Source of the DNA: a bacterium
GTDB taxonomy: Bacteria; Desulfobacterota; DSWW01
DNA: 64,000 bases
Reading direction: 5' to 3'
Assembly: GCA_040756235.1 (NCBI GenBank)
Contig: JBFLZG010000130.1
Span: 57,905-121,904 of the forward strand
The notes below the pieces were generated by a model. It saw only the letters and a list, made by a program, of their open reading frames with translations. It had not been told where the DNA came from and did no database searches. Made by a program: the position numbers and the translations under genes. Below are positions 62,502-64,000 of this stretch, piece after piece (position 1 is the stretch's first letter; every line of letters starts with the position of its first letter).

Positions 62502-63878
62502 GTGCTCGATCGAATCCGCGTCGATTACTCGATGACCGCGCCGTTCCTCGACGACCGCGATTGGGCCGGCGCGCAGGCCGGCGCCGTGCGAGCGCTCGCG
62601 ACCCTGGAGGATGGCCGCGGCCCCGGCGCCGCCTACCTGGGCTGGCTACGCTATCCCGAGACGGTCGCAGGGGCGGAGCTGGAAGGAATCGAGCAGATCG
62701 CCCGGGAGGTGCGGGAAGAGGCCGAGGCCTTGGTCGTCGTCGGGATCGGAGGGTCCTACCTCGGGGCGCGCGCGGTCATCGAATGCTTCGGCCACGCCTT
62801 TTCCCATCTGCAGGCCCAGGAAGGGCGGAGGCGACCTCAGGTCGTGTTCGCGGGCCAGAACCTGAGCAGCTCCTACCTCGAGGGGCTCCTGGAGGCCCTG
62901 GAGAGAAAGAGCTTCTATGTAAACGTGATCTCCAAATCCGGGACCACGACCGAGCCCGGGCTCGCCTTCCGGCTCTTGCGGCGGATCCTGCTCGACCGGT
63001 ATGGGAGAGAGGGCGCCGCCCGCCGCATTCTGAGCACGACGGACGGCCGCAAGGGCGCGCTTCGCGCCCTGTCCGAGAGGGAGGGCTACCGGACCTTCGT
63101 GATCCCGGACGACATCGGGGGTCGCTATTCGGTGCTGACGCCGGTGGGGCTGCTTCCGATGGCGGTGGCCGGGGTTCCCCCCGAGGAGGTGTTGGCCGGA
63201 GCGCGCAGCATGATCGCGCCCTGCGCGGTCAAGGAGCTGCTCCAGAATCCGGCTGCCTTGTACGCGGCGGGCCGCGACCTGCTCTGGAGAAAGGGGTACC
63301 ACACCGAGATCCTGGTGGCCTACGATCCCAGGCTCCAGTCCTTCGCCGAGTGGTGGAAGCAGCTCTTCGGCGAAAGCGAAGGGAAAGAAGGGAAGGGCAT
63401 CTTCCCCGCTTCGGCCGTCTTCACCACCGATTTGCACTCCCTGGGGCAGTGGATCCAGGAGGGCCCCCGGACGATCTTCGAGACCCTCCTGCACGTCGAG
63501 GACGAAGCAGGATCGCTGCGGGTGCCGGAGGACCCGGACGCCCGCGACGAGCTCGAGTACCTGGCCGGCAGGGCGTGGACCGACATCCAGCAGCAGGCCG
63601 CTGCAGGGACCCGGCTCGCGCACCACCAGGGAGGGGTGCCCGTCTTCAGCCTGGAGGTGCCGCGCCTGAGCCCCTACCACCTGGGACAGCTCATCTATTT
63701 CTTCGAAAAGGCTTGCGGCATCTCGGGCACTCTGCTGGGCGTCAACCCTTTCGACCAGCCCGGAGTGGAAGCCTACAAGCAGAACGTATTCGCTCTCCTG
63801 GGAAAGCCCGGGACGGAGCAGGCGGCGGCGCAGCTTGCAGCCCTGATGCGTGCTGTCCCGAAGGGCAAAGTCGTCTAG
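62502..63878 (+). CDS. pgi: Glucose-6-phosphate isomerase
   Basis: GIGGSYLG, SKSGTTTE, GGRYSV, QLFGESEGK, PFDQPGVEAYK; start approximate. Confidence 0.96.
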   Translation: MLDRIRVDYSMTAPFLDDRDWAGAQAGAVRALATLEDGRGPGAAYLGWLRYPETVAGAELEGIEQIAREVREEAEALVVVGIGGSYLGARAVIECFGHAFSHLQAQEGRRRPQVVFAGQNLSSSYLEGLLEALERKSFYVNVISKSGTTTEPGLAFRLLRRILLDRYGREGAARRILSTTDGRKGALRALSEREGYRTFVIPDDIGGRYSVLTPVGLLPMAVAGVPPEEVLAGARSMIAPCAVKELLQNPAALYAAGRDLLWRKGYHTEILVAYDPRLQSFAEWWKQLFGESEGKEGKGIFPASAVFTTDLHSLGQWIQEGPRTIFETLLHVEDEAGSLRVPEDPDARDELEYLAGRAWTDIQQQAAAGTRLAHHQGGVPVFSLEVPRLSPYHLGQLIYFFEKACGISGTLLGVNPFDQPGVEAYKQNVFALLGKPGTEQAAAQLAALMRAVPKGKVV

Positions 63879-64000
63879 CTAGAGCCTGTCCCAAAAGTAG
63901 TTGAGCAACGATTTTGAGGTGTTAGTGGCCAAAAAGAAAGAGCAAAGCGGGGCGGATGCCACTGCTTTGCTCCATTTGGTGTGCTATAAGCTCCAGTGAC
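63879..64000. mobile_element. Left end of an IS-like element (TIR), truncated by the window edge
   Basis: CTAG then AGCCTGTCCCAAAA right after the pgi stop, followed by an abrupt GC drop; TIR related to the MITE family. Confidence 0.6.

Overview
High-GC bacterial chromosomal segment. Gene content and order suggest a deltaproteobacterial-grade lineage (inference). The left third is almost all minus-strand housekeeping: ftsK (partial), the ilvD-ilvB-ilvN-ilvC-psd-pssA-leuA operon, rpsB-tsf-pyrH-frr-cdsA-rseP-tsaB (lacking the usual uppS and dxr), argJ, an atypical secA, an ArgA-like GNAT, recN and nadK. The middle is accessory: rarA, a GGQ ribosome-rescue factor, a candidate nucleoid protein, a polyprenyl synthase and an orphan sigma54 response regulator. 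Next to that regulator is a lower-GC patch (about 30.6-32.7 kb) containing two unannotated paralogous tail-anchored microproteins, a signal-peptide ORF ending in IFKPP, a CAP lipoprotein and a decayed copy of part of the regulator. Further right are a GH57 enzyme, an acyl-CoA mutase, a thiolase, a DUF3015 plus DUF4105/Lnb-like pair and several peptidases. The right end carries rpmH-rnpA-yidD-yidC-jag-mnmE-mnmG without dnaA or rsmG/parAB, a small membrane tetraheme cytochrome with a CxxCK motif, a papain-family protease, pgi and the left end of an IS-like element. A family of modular, stop-codon-associated MITE/REP-like repeats is scattered throughout. I found no rRNA, tRNA or CRISPR array. All calls come from reading motifs by eye; no searches were run.
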